The notes beneath the pieces are model-generated. The model was given only the letters and a program-made list of their open reading frames with translations. It ran no database searches and was not told the origin of the DNA. From NCBI GenBank assembly GCA_044070495.1, contig JBIPSI010000004.1:32001-96000 (forward strand): 64,000 bases of DNA, in the 5' to 3' direction. Origin of the DNA: Spirulina sp. (GTDB lineage Bacteria > Cyanobacteriota > Cyanobacteriia > Phormidesmidales > Phormidesmidaceae). Both the position numbers and the translations under genes were made by a program. Below are positions 19,997 to 29,042 of this stretch, piece after piece; positions within the stretch are counted from its first letter, which is position 1, and every line of letters begins with the position of its first letter.

Positions 19997-22300
19997 TTAG
20001 GCTTCCTTGGCATCGGGCAGTACCTGCACCCTGGCAAACTTGAGGCCGTTGACCCCTTGAAGGGGCTCCACGCTGCCCTCTTCAATCGTGTCGCTCACTA
20101 GGCCCTCTCGGTGCAGGTAGCGCAGGTATTGCTGATATTCCTCCCACTCCTCGGTGGTGGAGTAGACGATGGTGAGCATTCTGGGCTGGGTGATGCGCGC
20201 CTGGGTGGCGGCGTCGCGGGCCTTGTCGATGCGTTTTTTGACAATTTCATAGCGGGTGTCGCGGGTGCCGCGTACATCGAACAACCGCTCGGTGGTTTCG
20301 TCGTGGACGATATCCACCGTTACCGCCTGCACCAAGACGAGATGGGTGATCACCATATCGGTATTGCACTTGCGCTTCAGGGTAAGCCCCTGGCGGGCAC
20401 AGTCGCACACCGCCCGCAGTTGCTCGTAGCGCAGGGCTTTGAGCTGAAAGTCGGTAAATTTCGGGTCGATGGCCTTGCCGGTGTAGATCATGTGGTCGAT
20501 GCCATCGGTGGCCTCTAGATCGCAGTAGTGGGGGGTGATGGCCTGCATCGACTGCTGCCAGTGGTTCCAGGTTTCTCTCAGCAGGTTGTTGATGTAGTTG
20601 ATGGTTTGGTCGTAGACGGCGCGGGCGGTGTAAATACAGCCGTGCTCGTCATCCATGGCGTTTTGGTAGCGGCGGATCGCCTCACTGGCGGCGGGGCAGA
20701 CCTGTGCAAAGTAGGGGAAATGGGCCTCTACCTCGTTTTGGAGGTAGCGCAGTAGGGTTACTTCGGCATCCACCGTTACCCCCTGCTCTAGTTTGGTGAT
20801 GCGGTCTTGCAGATCTAGCCACAGTTGCTCTACCAGGGCATTGTGAACGGCGCTAGATCGCACGGCTTCGACCACGGCTAGGGCCAGACGGAACTGGGCC
20901 AGTAAATCTTCCTGGATGGCGCGGTTGCGTTCGTCGGAGGAACCGCGAATATCGGAAATGCCGTAGAGGGGATAGACCCCCTCAAACACAATCGGGGCCG
21001 GGGGTAGGCCCAGGCTGAGCCGTTCGGCCTCCTGCTCAAACCGCCACCGCACCGAGGGGTGAATGTTGGTGAATCGATCTCGCACGCTATAGCGCATGGA
21101 GGCATTGAGGGCAGGAATTAACGTGGTGGCGAGGCTACAGTCTGATTGGTTAAAGGCGTAGGGCTTGGTGCTGGTCAGCCCCACTAGGCCAAACATCTGG
21201 CTGGCCCCTTGGCCGAGGGTCGGGTTGCGCATCACCAAGGGAATCAGCAGCAGCGATCTAGCCCCCGCCGCTACCAAGGCCCGCTCCCCGGAGGTGCAAC
21301 AGGCCAGGCTCAGATCGGGGATGGTTAATACCTCCCCCCGCTCTGTGGTTTGCAGGAAGGAAGACTCCTGTAATTCCCCTAGGGTGTAGGTTTGGCTCTG
21401 CCAATCGGCCTGATCCAGTGCCGTCCAAAGCTGGGCGCGATCATTTTCCGCGATCAGCAAAAAGCTGTCCTGGGCTCCAAAGAGCTGCTTCATCAAGCCA
21501 TTGGCTTGGACAAACTGCTCCGTTCCTACCACCGATTCGCGGCCCACCAGCAGGTGGATTAGCGCCCGTGAGGTTTCCCGCTCGGTGACATCGGTGCCCT
21601 CAATCAACACCTGCCCTCGAATCGTGTAGCGGTGGGGATACAGCTTGTTCAGCAGCCGATTCAGGGGGGATGCCTTGGTTAAAAGCTGGGTGGTCACCTG
21701 TTGGGGGGTGGGGCCATCGGGCCAACAGTCACGCAAACTGGCCTCTAAATCCGAGGCAATGGCCAACACTTGAAGGCCGTCTTCAGCGGTGCGTAGCCGC
21801 AGTTCAATGTGACGGATTTGCTGGGTTTCTGGGTTGGTCAGCGACACCATCAGCGGCTCATGGCGCAGCCGAGGGGTCACCCACACCTCCGGCCCATACA
21901 GTTGCCCCAGCAGCGATTGGAGAAAGTGCAGTCGGAACCGATGGCGTAGCATCCGAGACACCGATGGCGTCAACCAGGCCAGATCGCTCATGGGCACCGG
22001 ATGGGCAGTGGGGCCAAGCCCCGTGAGACGGCCAAAATAGTCGTTGGCAAAGACAATCCGGTGGGCCTGGGGAGCGGCATTGAGACGGGTGCTCACCTCC
22101 ACGACGGCCATCACCAGTTGACTGTGGTGTTGCAGCAAATTAAACCAGGCCGGGGCCGCTCCCTCCGAGGTCAGCAGCGGGCTTCCCTCCGGGGCTACCC
22201 ACACGCTTCCCTTTAGCCCTGGGGTCAGGTTGTCCCTTTCTCCTCGGGCGCTACCCTCTAGACGGCTATGCTCAAGACTATGTAAAGAATCCGTGGCCAT
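19997..22300 (-). CDS. PAS-like/GAF sensor protein with C-terminal domain resembling a divergent class III nucleotidyl cyclase
   Basis: PAS-like ends (IVFANDYFGRLTG ... GTDVTER); GAF (GARSLLLIPL...GLVGL...FNQSD); C-terminal SDIRGS, TDG, FDVRG, KKRID, LQGV motifs. The CDS is certain; the cyclase call is inference. Confidence 0.8.
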   Translation of the reverse strand: MATDSLHSLEHSRLEGSARGERDNLTPGLKGSVWVAPEGSPLLTSEGAAPAWFNLLQHHSQLVMAVVEVSTRLNAAPQAHRIVFANDYFGRLTGLGPTAHPVPMSDLAWLTPSVSRMLRHRFRLHFLQSLLGQLYGPEVWVTPRLRHEPLMVSLTNPETQQIRHIELRLRTAEDGLQVLAIASDLEASLRDCWPDGPTPQQVTTQLLTKASPLNRLLNKLYPHRYTIRGQVLIEGTDVTERETSRALIHLLVGRESVVGTEQFVQANGLMKQLFGAQDSFLLIAENDRAQLWTALDQADWQSQTYTLGELQESSFLQTTERGEVLTIPDLSLACCTSGERALVAAGARSLLLIPLVMRNPTLGQGASQMFGLVGLTSTKPYAFNQSDCSLATTLIPALNASMRYSVRDRFTNIHPSVRWRFEQEAERLSLGLPPAPIVFEGVYPLYGISDIRGSSDERNRAIQEDLLAQFRLALAVVEAVRSSAVHNALVEQLWLDLQDRITKLEQGVTVDAEVTLLRYLQNEVEAHFPYFAQVCPAASEAIRRYQNAMDDEHGCIYTARAVYDQTINYINNLLRETWNHWQQSMQAITPHYCDLEATDGIDHMIYTGKAIDPKFTDFQLKALRYEQLRAVCDCARQGLTLKRKCNTDMVITHLVLVQAVTVDIVHDETTERLFDVRGTRDTRYEIVKKRIDKARDAATQARITQPRMLTIVYSTTEEWEEYQQYLRYLHREGLVSDTIEEGSVEPLQGVNGLKFARVQVLPDAKEA

Positions 22301-22545
22301 AGTGCTTTTCTGAACGACACCCTAAACACTCATACAGACTCCCCTGATGGAATTCCGTACATCGCTAACCTATCGTTGCCATAGCCCTCAGTAAAGCTTG
22401 CCCCAGCCCAGTCGCTAAATCTAGGGCTAGGCCAAGGGCCGATCTCTGGGGTGGTGCCCACCGTCCAGCGGTGGGTGGTGTCGCCAAGCTAGACCTCTGG
22501 CAAGGATTGGGTTAACTGGGATGTAGTGAGATGCACTGGTTGGGT

Positions 22546-22562
22546 TGTAACGACCCGTTACA
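22546..22562. promoter_or_regulatory. Perfect palindrome, candidate operator
   Basis: TGTAACG-ACC-CGTTACA in the divergent GAF gene/ffh intergenic region. Confidence 0.35.
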
Positions 22563-22875
22563 GAATTTGGGACAACCCCTAACCCTAGTCTGCCCAGAAA
22601 CAGCGTGAAATGAGCGCCCGCTTCAATAAATGTCGTGAAGGTGATGATCGTGATCTCGATCAGGGGTTGATCCCCCTTGGCGTTGACCCGCCCCCGCAGA
22701 TTGCCCCCTAACGTTGATCCATACGGTCTCTCCCCCTGGAGATAAGGGGCGCACCCAGAAACCCCAGGATCGTCGATGTATCAGCCAGCGCCAATTCAGG
22801 GGGGTGAAGCGTTTACAATAGAAAACTGGCCCTGCGGCTGTCGTTGATTGTATTTCTAAACGTCCCTGAACCACC

Positions 22876-24366
22876 ATGTTTGAAGCCCTGTCGGAACGCC
22901 TTGAGTCGGCCTGGAAAAGCCTGCGCGGCCAAGACAAAATTAGCGAAACCAACATCAACGAAGCCCTGCGGGAAGTGCGGCGGGCTCTGCTGGAGGCGGA
23001 CGTTAACCTCCAGGTGATCAAAGACTTCATCGCCGAGGTCAAAGAACAAGCCCTAGGGGCCGAGGTGGTCAAAGGAATCAGCCCCGACCAGCAGTTCATC
23101 AAAATCGTCCATGACGAACTCGTGCGGCTGATGGGCGACACCAACGTGCCCCTAGCCAGCACCGAGAAAAAACCCACCGTTGTGCTGATGGCGGGCCTGC
23201 AAGGGACAGGGAAAACCACCGCCACCGCCAAACTGGCCCTGCACCTGCGCAAGGAAAACCGCAGCACCATGCTGGTGGCCACCGACGTGTACCGTCCCGC
23301 AGCGGTAGATCAGCTCATCACCCTGGGCAAGCAAATTAACGTGCCTGTGTTTGATCTGGGGACGGATGCGAATCCTGTAGACATCGCCCGCCAGGGTCTA
23401 GAACGGGCCAAGGCCGAGGGCGTAGACACCGTGATTGTGGACACGGCAGGCCGCTTGCAGATTGACCCCAAAATGATGGCCGAACTGGCCGACATCAAAA
23501 CCGCCATCCAGCCCGATGAGGTGCTGCTGGTGGTAGATGCCATGACTGGGCAAGAGGCCGCCAACCTCACCCGCACCTTCCACGACCAGATCGGCATCAC
23601 CGGGGCCATTCTCACCAAAATGGACGGCGATGCTCGCGGCGGGGCGGCCCTCTCCGTGCGGCAAATTTCTGGACAGCCGATCAAATTTGTCGGCGTGGGC
23701 GAAAAGGTGGAAGCCCTGCAACCCTTCTACCCCGACCGCATGGCCTCCCGCATTTTGGGCATGGGCGACGTGCTTACCCTGGTGGAAAAAGCCCAGGAAG
23801 CGGTGGACATTGCCGACGCCGAAAAGTTGACCAAAAAAATCCTGGAAGCCGAGTTTGACTTCGACGACTTTCTCAAGCAAATGCGCTTCATGAAGAGCAT
23901 GGGCTCCCTAGGCAGCATCATGAAGCTGATTCCCGGCATGGGCAAGCAAATTTCTGGCGAAATGTTGGAACAGGGCGAAGTTCAGCTCAAACGCTGCGAA
24001 GCCATGATCAACTCCATGACGCGGGAGGAGCGCAAGAACCCCAACCTACTGTCTAGCTCCCCTAGCCGCCGCCGCCGCATTGCCGCTGGATCGGGACACC
24101 AGGAAAAAGAAGTCTCTAAGCTCATTACCGACTTCACCAAAATGCGCACCATGATGCAGCAAATGGGGCGCGGCGGTGGCTTCCCCGGTATGGGCGGAAT
24201 GCCCGGCATGGGTGGCGGAATGCCGGGCATGGGTGGCGGAATGCCCGGTATGGGCGGAATGCCCGGTATGCCCGGTATGGGCGGCGGCGCAATGCCTGGG
24301 TTCCGCGCCCCTAGCAACAAAAAGCAAAAGAAACAGAAGAAGAAAAAAGGCTTCGGTCAGTTGTAG
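22876..24366 (+). CDS. ffh: Signal recognition particle protein Ffh
   Basis: LLEADV, GLQGTGKTT, DTAGR, TKMD, M domain SRRRRIAAGSG, Gly/Met-rich tail. Confidence 0.98.
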   Translation: MFEALSERLESAWKSLRGQDKISETNINEALREVRRALLEADVNLQVIKDFIAEVKEQALGAEVVKGISPDQQFIKIVHDELVRLMGDTNVPLASTEKKPTVVLMAGLQGTGKTTATAKLALHLRKENRSTMLVATDVYRPAAVDQLITLGKQINVPVFDLGTDANPVDIARQGLERAKAEGVDTVIVDTAGRLQIDPKMMAELADIKTAIQPDEVLLVVDAMTGQEAANLTRTFHDQIGITGAILTKMDGDARGGAALSVRQISGQPIKFVGVGEKVEALQPFYPDRMASRILGMGDVLTLVEKAQEAVDIADAEKLTKKILEAEFDFDDFLKQMRFMKSMGSLGSIMKLIPGMGKQISGEMLEQGEVQLKRCEAMINSMTREERKNPNLLSSSPSRRRRIAAGSGHQEKEVSKLITDFTKMRTMMQQMGRGGGFPGMGGMPGMGGGMPGMGGGMPGMGGMPGMPGMGGGAMPGFRAPSNKKQKKQKKKKGFGQL

Positions 24367-24395
24367 GCATTCACCAAGATTAAACGGCACCCGGC

Positions 24396-25130
24396 ATGAC
24401 AAAACGGATTCGGCTTGGGATGTTGACCCCCTCCTCCAACACCGTGTTGGAGCCTGTGACCACGGCCCTACTGGCAAATTTGCCGGAGGTATCGGCTCAT
24501 TTCAGCCGCTTTTCGGTCACGGAAATTGCCCTCAGTAAAACCGCCCTCGGTCAGTTTGAGTTAGCCCCCCTACTGAAGGCGGCCCAATTGCTGGCCGACG
24601 CCAAGGTGGATGTGATCGCCTGGAACGGCACCTCGGCGGGCTGGTTGGGGTTGGAGACCGACCGAGAGCTGTGTCGGCAGATCACCGCCAAAACGGGCAT
24701 TCCAGCCACCACCTCAGTCTTGGCTCTTACGGAGCAATTTCGGGCGCGAGGATTCACCCGCTTGGGCTTAGTGACGCCCTACCTGCCCACGGTGCAGGAA
24801 CGTATCCTCCAAAACTACGCCCAGGAAGGGTTTGACTGCGTGGCCGAGCAGCACCTTAGCCTCCAGGATAATTTCTCCTTTGCGGAGGTCAGCCCCGATC
24901 AGCTTCGGGCCATGGTGCGCCAAGTCGCGGCCAGTCAACCCCAGGTGATTACCACCTTTTGCACCAACCTAGCCGCCGCCCCCCTAGTGGCCGATCTAGA
25001 GCAGGAATTGGGCATCCCCATCTTCGATACGATTGCCGTGGTGGTGTGGCAGTCCCTACGGCTGGCGGGGGTCGATCCCACCAGGGTCAAGGGATGGGGA
25101 CGGTTATTTAGCGACGTTGGGACAGCCTAG
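24396..25130 (+). CDS. Asp/Glu racemase superfamily protein (maleate isomerase/arylmalonate decarboxylase-like)
   Basis: GMLTPSSNTVLE, WNGTS, LVTPY, FCTNL, LEQELGIP. Confidence 0.88.
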   Translation: MTKRIRLGMLTPSSNTVLEPVTTALLANLPEVSAHFSRFSVTEIALSKTALGQFELAPLLKAAQLLADAKVDVIAWNGTSAGWLGLETDRELCRQITAKTGIPATTSVLALTEQFRARGFTRLGLVTPYLPTVQERILQNYAQEGFDCVAEQHLSLQDNFSFAEVSPDQLRAMVRQVAASQPQVITTFCTNLAAAPLVADLEQELGIPIFDTIAVVVWQSLRLAGVDPTRVKGWGRLFSDVGTA

Positions 25131-25182
25131 ACCCTCACCCCCAGCCCCTCTCCCAATCTGGGCCATCCCTTAGGCAAAAGTC

Positions 25183-25210
25183 GTAGGGTGCATTCGCGAA
25201 GCAATGCACC
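25183..25210 (+). repeat. GTAG-type REP-like palindrome (family B)
   Basis: GTAG GGTGCATT CGCGAAGC AATGCACC; related copies at ~51299 and 63201. Confidence 0.7.
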
Positions 25211-25269
25211 ACCCAACGGCAATGCACCACCACTCCTCAAGACACCTCAAAACGCCAGGTAAACCAACC

Positions 25270-26814
25270 ATGTCGATCAGCTTAATTCGGGGCAAGGCCG
25301 TTATTTGTCGGGCCTTAGACAACGAAACGGTAGAGGTCATTGAGGACGGGGCCGTGGTTCAGCAGGACGGCACCCTTTTAGCCGTCGGCCCCTACACCGA
25401 CCTCTTCGCACAGTACCAGCCAGACGAAATCCTCGGATCGCCCCACCACATCATCCTGCCGGGGTTTGTGAATGGCCATCACCATGTGGGCCTTACCCCG
25501 TTTCAGTTAGGTTCGCTCGATTACCCCCTAGAGCTGTGGTTCGCCACACGGCTAGGGGCGCGGCAGGTGGATCCCTACCTCGATACCCTCTATTCTGCCT
25601 TCGAGATGATCGCCTCCGGCGTCACTACCGTGCAGCACATCCACACCTGGCGCAATGGCCCTGCCGCGTCCTGGCCCGCCCTGGCCGAACGGGTGATCCA
25701 GGCCTACCAGGATATTGGGATGCGGGTCTCCTACAGCTTTGCTGCCCGCGACCAAAACCGCCTGGTCTACGAAGCCGATGAGGTCTTTCTCCAGCGATTA
25801 CCTGCCGATTTGGCCACCGCCGTAGACGATCTCCTGAAGGATCAGCGGGTGCCCTTTGGGGAATACCTCAACCTGTTCGCCCACCTGTGGCAGCGGTGGC
25901 AACAGCATCCCAGTGGCCGAGTCAAAATCCAGCTCGCCCCGGCCAACCTGCACTGGTGCTCTGACCAAGCGCTACAGCTACAACAGGACTACGCCCAAAA
26001 ATACCAGGTGCCCATCCACCTACATCTGGTGGAAACGATCTACCAGAAAATCTACGCCCAGCGCCGCACCGGAAAAACCGCCGTCCAGCACCTGCAAAAC
26101 CTCGGCCTGCTGGGGCCACACCTCACCCTGGGCCACGGGGTTTGGCTCACAGAAGACGATCTGGACATTCTGGCGGAAACGGGCACCCACATCTGCCACA
26201 ACGCCAGCTCGAACCTGCGCCTCCAGAGCGGCATTGCCCCCCTCAACGCCTTTACCCAAAAGGGCATTCCTGTGGCCCTTGGCCTAGACGAAGCGGGCCT
26301 GAATGACGACCGCGACATGCTGCAAGAAATGCGTCTGGTGCTGAAGCTGCATCGAGTACCCGGCATCGATGCCCTGGTGCCCAAGGCTGCCCAAGTCTTC
26401 CGCATGGCGACGGAGCAAGGCGCAACCACCACCGGATTTGGCGACTGCATAGGCACCCTGGCCCCCGGCAAAGCCGCCGACCTGGTGCTGATGGATTGGC
26501 GCAAACTGGCCTACCCCTACCTCGATGCCGATATTCCCCTCATCGAAGCCGTGCTCCACCGAGGCCGCAGCACCGCCATTGATACCGTGATGATTAACGG
26601 CAACGTCGTCCTCCAAGAGGGCCAATTTACCGGGGTGAATCGCGATGCCGTGTTAGCCACCCTCGCCGAGCAGCTTCAAGCCCCCATCACCGAGGCCGAA
26701 GAACACCGCCGCCGCCTCGCCAAGGCCATTTTCCCCTACATGAAGCAAGTCTACGATGGCTGGCTGGCCGACACCAACGGGCATCCCTTCTATTGTCAAA
26801 ACTGTCGGCATTAA
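25270..26814 (+). CDS. Metal-dependent amidohydrolase (Atz/Trz, cytosine/guanine deaminase-like)
   Basis: PGFVNGHHH, HLVE, GHGVW, SNLRLQSG, GLDE, GTLAPGKAADL; ATG at 25270 because the upstream extension is REP sequence. Confidence 0.9.
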   Translation: MSISLIRGKAVICRALDNETVEVIEDGAVVQQDGTLLAVGPYTDLFAQYQPDEILGSPHHIILPGFVNGHHHVGLTPFQLGSLDYPLELWFATRLGARQVDPYLDTLYSAFEMIASGVTTVQHIHTWRNGPAASWPALAERVIQAYQDIGMRVSYSFAARDQNRLVYEADEVFLQRLPADLATAVDDLLKDQRVPFGEYLNLFAHLWQRWQQHPSGRVKIQLAPANLHWCSDQALQLQQDYAQKYQVPIHLHLVETIYQKIYAQRRTGKTAVQHLQNLGLLGPHLTLGHGVWLTEDDLDILAETGTHICHNASSNLRLQSGIAPLNAFTQKGIPVALGLDEAGLNDDRDMLQEMRLVLKLHRVPGIDALVPKAAQVFRMATEQGATTTGFGDCIGTLAPGKAADLVLMDWRKLAYPYLDADIPLIEAVLHRGRSTAIDTVMINGNVVLQEGQFTGVNRDAVLATLAEQLQAPITEAEEHRRRLAKAIFPYMKQVYDGWLADTNGHPFYCQNCRH

Positions 26815-26928
26815 CCAAGACCCCAAACCAGGGGTCACCCCACTGTTGTGATCTAAATCCAGAGCCTCACCCGTTTAGGGCACGTTCCAAAATCAGATTC
26901 CTAGGTTCAGTAAATCGCCCAGTCCCCA

Positions 26929-27035
26929 CAGCCCACCCTTAGGGTGTAGCTCGCTTCCCATAAGGGTGGGCTGGATCTCGGCAAAAGAGCATGTTTGTGA
27001 TCACTCCCAGTCCTCCTAGACGAAGGGCTGGGAGT
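26929..27035. terminator. Two strong hairpins between convergent genes
   Basis: CAGCCCACCCTTA/TAAGGGTGGGCTG (26929-26973) and ACTCCCAGTCCT/AGGGCTGGGAGT (27003-27035). Confidence 0.5.
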
Positions 27036-27117
27036 ATAGCTTGTGCCCGTTCGCGTAGCGTCCTACAAGAAAGCGTAGACGGCGGGCAATTTGTGATTTG
27101 TGATCTGCTGAGACGCC

Positions 27118-27927
27118 CTAGTTGCGCTGAAACATATGCACATCCTGCTGAGGGAAGGGAATGGTGATACCTTCGGCGTCGAGGCGGGCCTTAATTTGCT
27201 CTGGTAGGGCGAGTTTGACCGCTAGGAAGTCGGGGGTAGTTGTCCAGGCCCATACCTGGAGGTTGACGCTGCTGTCGGCCAGGTCTATGACGCTGACGGA
27301 GGGGACGGGGTCTTGCAGAATGCGAACGTCCTTGGAGATCTCATCCAAAATGGCGAAACGGGCCTTTTCGATGCTGTCGCCGTAGCTAATCCCTACAATA
27401 GATTCTACTCGGCGGGTGGGCTTGAGGGTGAAGTTAGTGATGTTGTCGCCGCCAATCTTAGAATTGGGCACCACCACCGTTGCGTTGTCGGGGGTAACAA
27501 TGGTGGTAGTAAACAGTTGAATAGCCTCAACGGTGCCAAAGACACCGCCGCCTTCGATCACATCTCCTACGCCGAAGGGGCGGAAGATGATCATCAGCAC
27601 CCCCGCCGCAAAGTTGGATAGGGATCCTTGCAGGGCCAAACCAATGGCCAAACCTGCCGCCCCCAGCACCGCAATTAACGAGGCCGTTTGCACCCCAAGG
27701 CGATTCAAGGCGGCAATCACCACAAAAGCGAGGGCCGCGTAGTACACCAAACTGGTTGTGAAGTTAATCAGGGTTGGATCCACCCCACGACGGGTCATCA
27801 CTTTTTTGGTAGCGCGTCCCACCAGCTTGGCTAGCCATTGACCGATGACCAGGATAGCCAACGCGGCCAAAATATTCAAACCAAAGGTCATCACCAGGTC
27901 TTGAGCGGTGACGATCCACTGGGTCAT
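27118..27927 (-). CDS. mscS: Small-conductance mechanosensitive channel
   Basis: LGAAGLAIGLALQGSLSNFAAG, FRPFGVGD, VPNSKI, GITIPFPQ. Confidence 0.95.
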   Translation of the reverse strand: MTQWIVTAQDLVMTFGLNILAALAILVIGQWLAKLVGRATKKVMTRRGVDPTLINFTTSLVYYAALAFVVIAALNRLGVQTASLIAVLGAAGLAIGLALQGSLSNFAAGVLMIIFRPFGVGDVIEGGGVFGTVEAIQLFTTTIVTPDNATVVVPNSKIGGDNITNFTLKPTRRVESIVGISYGDSIEKARFAILDEISKDVRILQDPVPSVSVIDLADSSVNLQVWAWTTTPDFLAVKLALPEQIKARLDAEGITIPFPQQDVHMFQRN

Positions 27928-28246
27928 GTTCTCCACGGATCTTGATCTCCTTGTGTTATCGAAAGGGTTATGGAAAATGATGGCGTTTGGGGTCGGGGTT
28001 GTTGGGGGGGCAGGGTATAGGAATCTAGGGAAAAATCCAGGCATGGCCCGATTTCAGGCATGACCGGAGAACTCGTGACAACCTAGAGTTGGGTACACTA
28101 ATCCCAGGGATGCCCTGATGTCCAGGGGGTGTCAGCAGGCTCAACAACCTACTTTTCTGGTCACAAAAGCAACCTTTCCGACCCAAAACTGGCCATACCG
28201 TACCACAGCCCCTTCCTCTGAGCCCTATACCTGGGGATACATCTCG

Positions 28247-28609
28247 ATGAAACCCAATGATCTCGGTGAAGGCACCACCCTAGAGCGCCTCAAGCTGATG
28301 ATTTACCTAGTACCCATCTTTGGCGTGGTGCCAGCAGCCTACAGCCTGTTGCAAAAACAGGGCAGCCGCCAAGAGCAAGCCATCAGCCGTCTAGTGATTA
28401 CCTTGGCCCTAACCTGGGTGATGATGTACGCGCTGTTGAGTACGGGTAGCCACCTGGCACCGGGGTTGTCGCTACGGTTTTTGGTTAGCAATACCCTCGT
28501 CACCACGGGCTATACCCTCACGAATCTGGTGCTGATGGTGCGGCTGTTGCAGGGTAAGTCGGTGAAACTGCCAGGGTTTAGCCGTCTCAGTCAGCGGTTA
28601 CCCCGCTAG
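28247..28609 (+). CDS. Hypothetical cyanobacterial membrane protein
   Basis: Three hydrophobic segments, YLVPIFG and LPGFS motifs; start uncertain. Confidence 0.65.
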   Translation: MKPNDLGEGTTLERLKLMIYLVPIFGVVPAAYSLLQKQGSRQEQAISRLVITLALTWVMMYALLSTGSHLAPGLSLRFLVSNTLVTTGYTLTNLVLMVRLLQGKSVKLPGFSRLSQRLPR

Positions 28610-28640
28610 GTCGTCTTCTAGGCAAGCTGTATTGACCTAA

Positions 28641-28771
28641 GAGGGCGTTTGAAAAGGGTTGCCTCAGGTGCGTTTGATCGTTAAATCGGTGCAAATCTAC
28701 GGAATTTTTGACGGCTGAGGCTAACCTCATCGGTATAGCTTGGGACACACTTCGGCTTCTCAAACGTCCTC
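28641..28771. mobile_element. 131-bp MITE, probably IS5-family derived
   Basis: 16-bp TIRs GAGGGCGTTTGAAAAG and (reverse complement) GAGGACGTTTGAGAAG, 14/16 identical; TAA on both flanks (28638-28640, 28772-28774). Confidence 0.75.
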
Positions 28772-29042
28772 TAACGGGGTGGCAGTTAGAAAAATTCGCT
28801 AATTTGGCGAATTGCTTGCGCCACTTTTGACCATTTGCCCCATAATGACCTCGATGAGTTATAAACCGTCTGGGCCAGACGGATTTGAGCCAGTTAGTTT
28901 CGGCCCATCCAGTTGTCCCCGGTTTCACAACATCCCCCTCACCCATGGTGTAGTCTGTCTCGCTATGTTATGGGTGCCCAGCAAGAAATAGCCTCTGCCG
29001 CGATCTTGCCTCCACCTCCACATTCCCAGGATGAGGTAGCCT

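Noticed and set aside
22546..22562. NtcA box
   Set aside because: Spacing is GTA-N9-TAC, not N8
24170..24300. GGMPGM repeat in ffh as a novel repeat element
   Set aside because: Gly/Met-rich tails are normal for cyanobacterial Ffh
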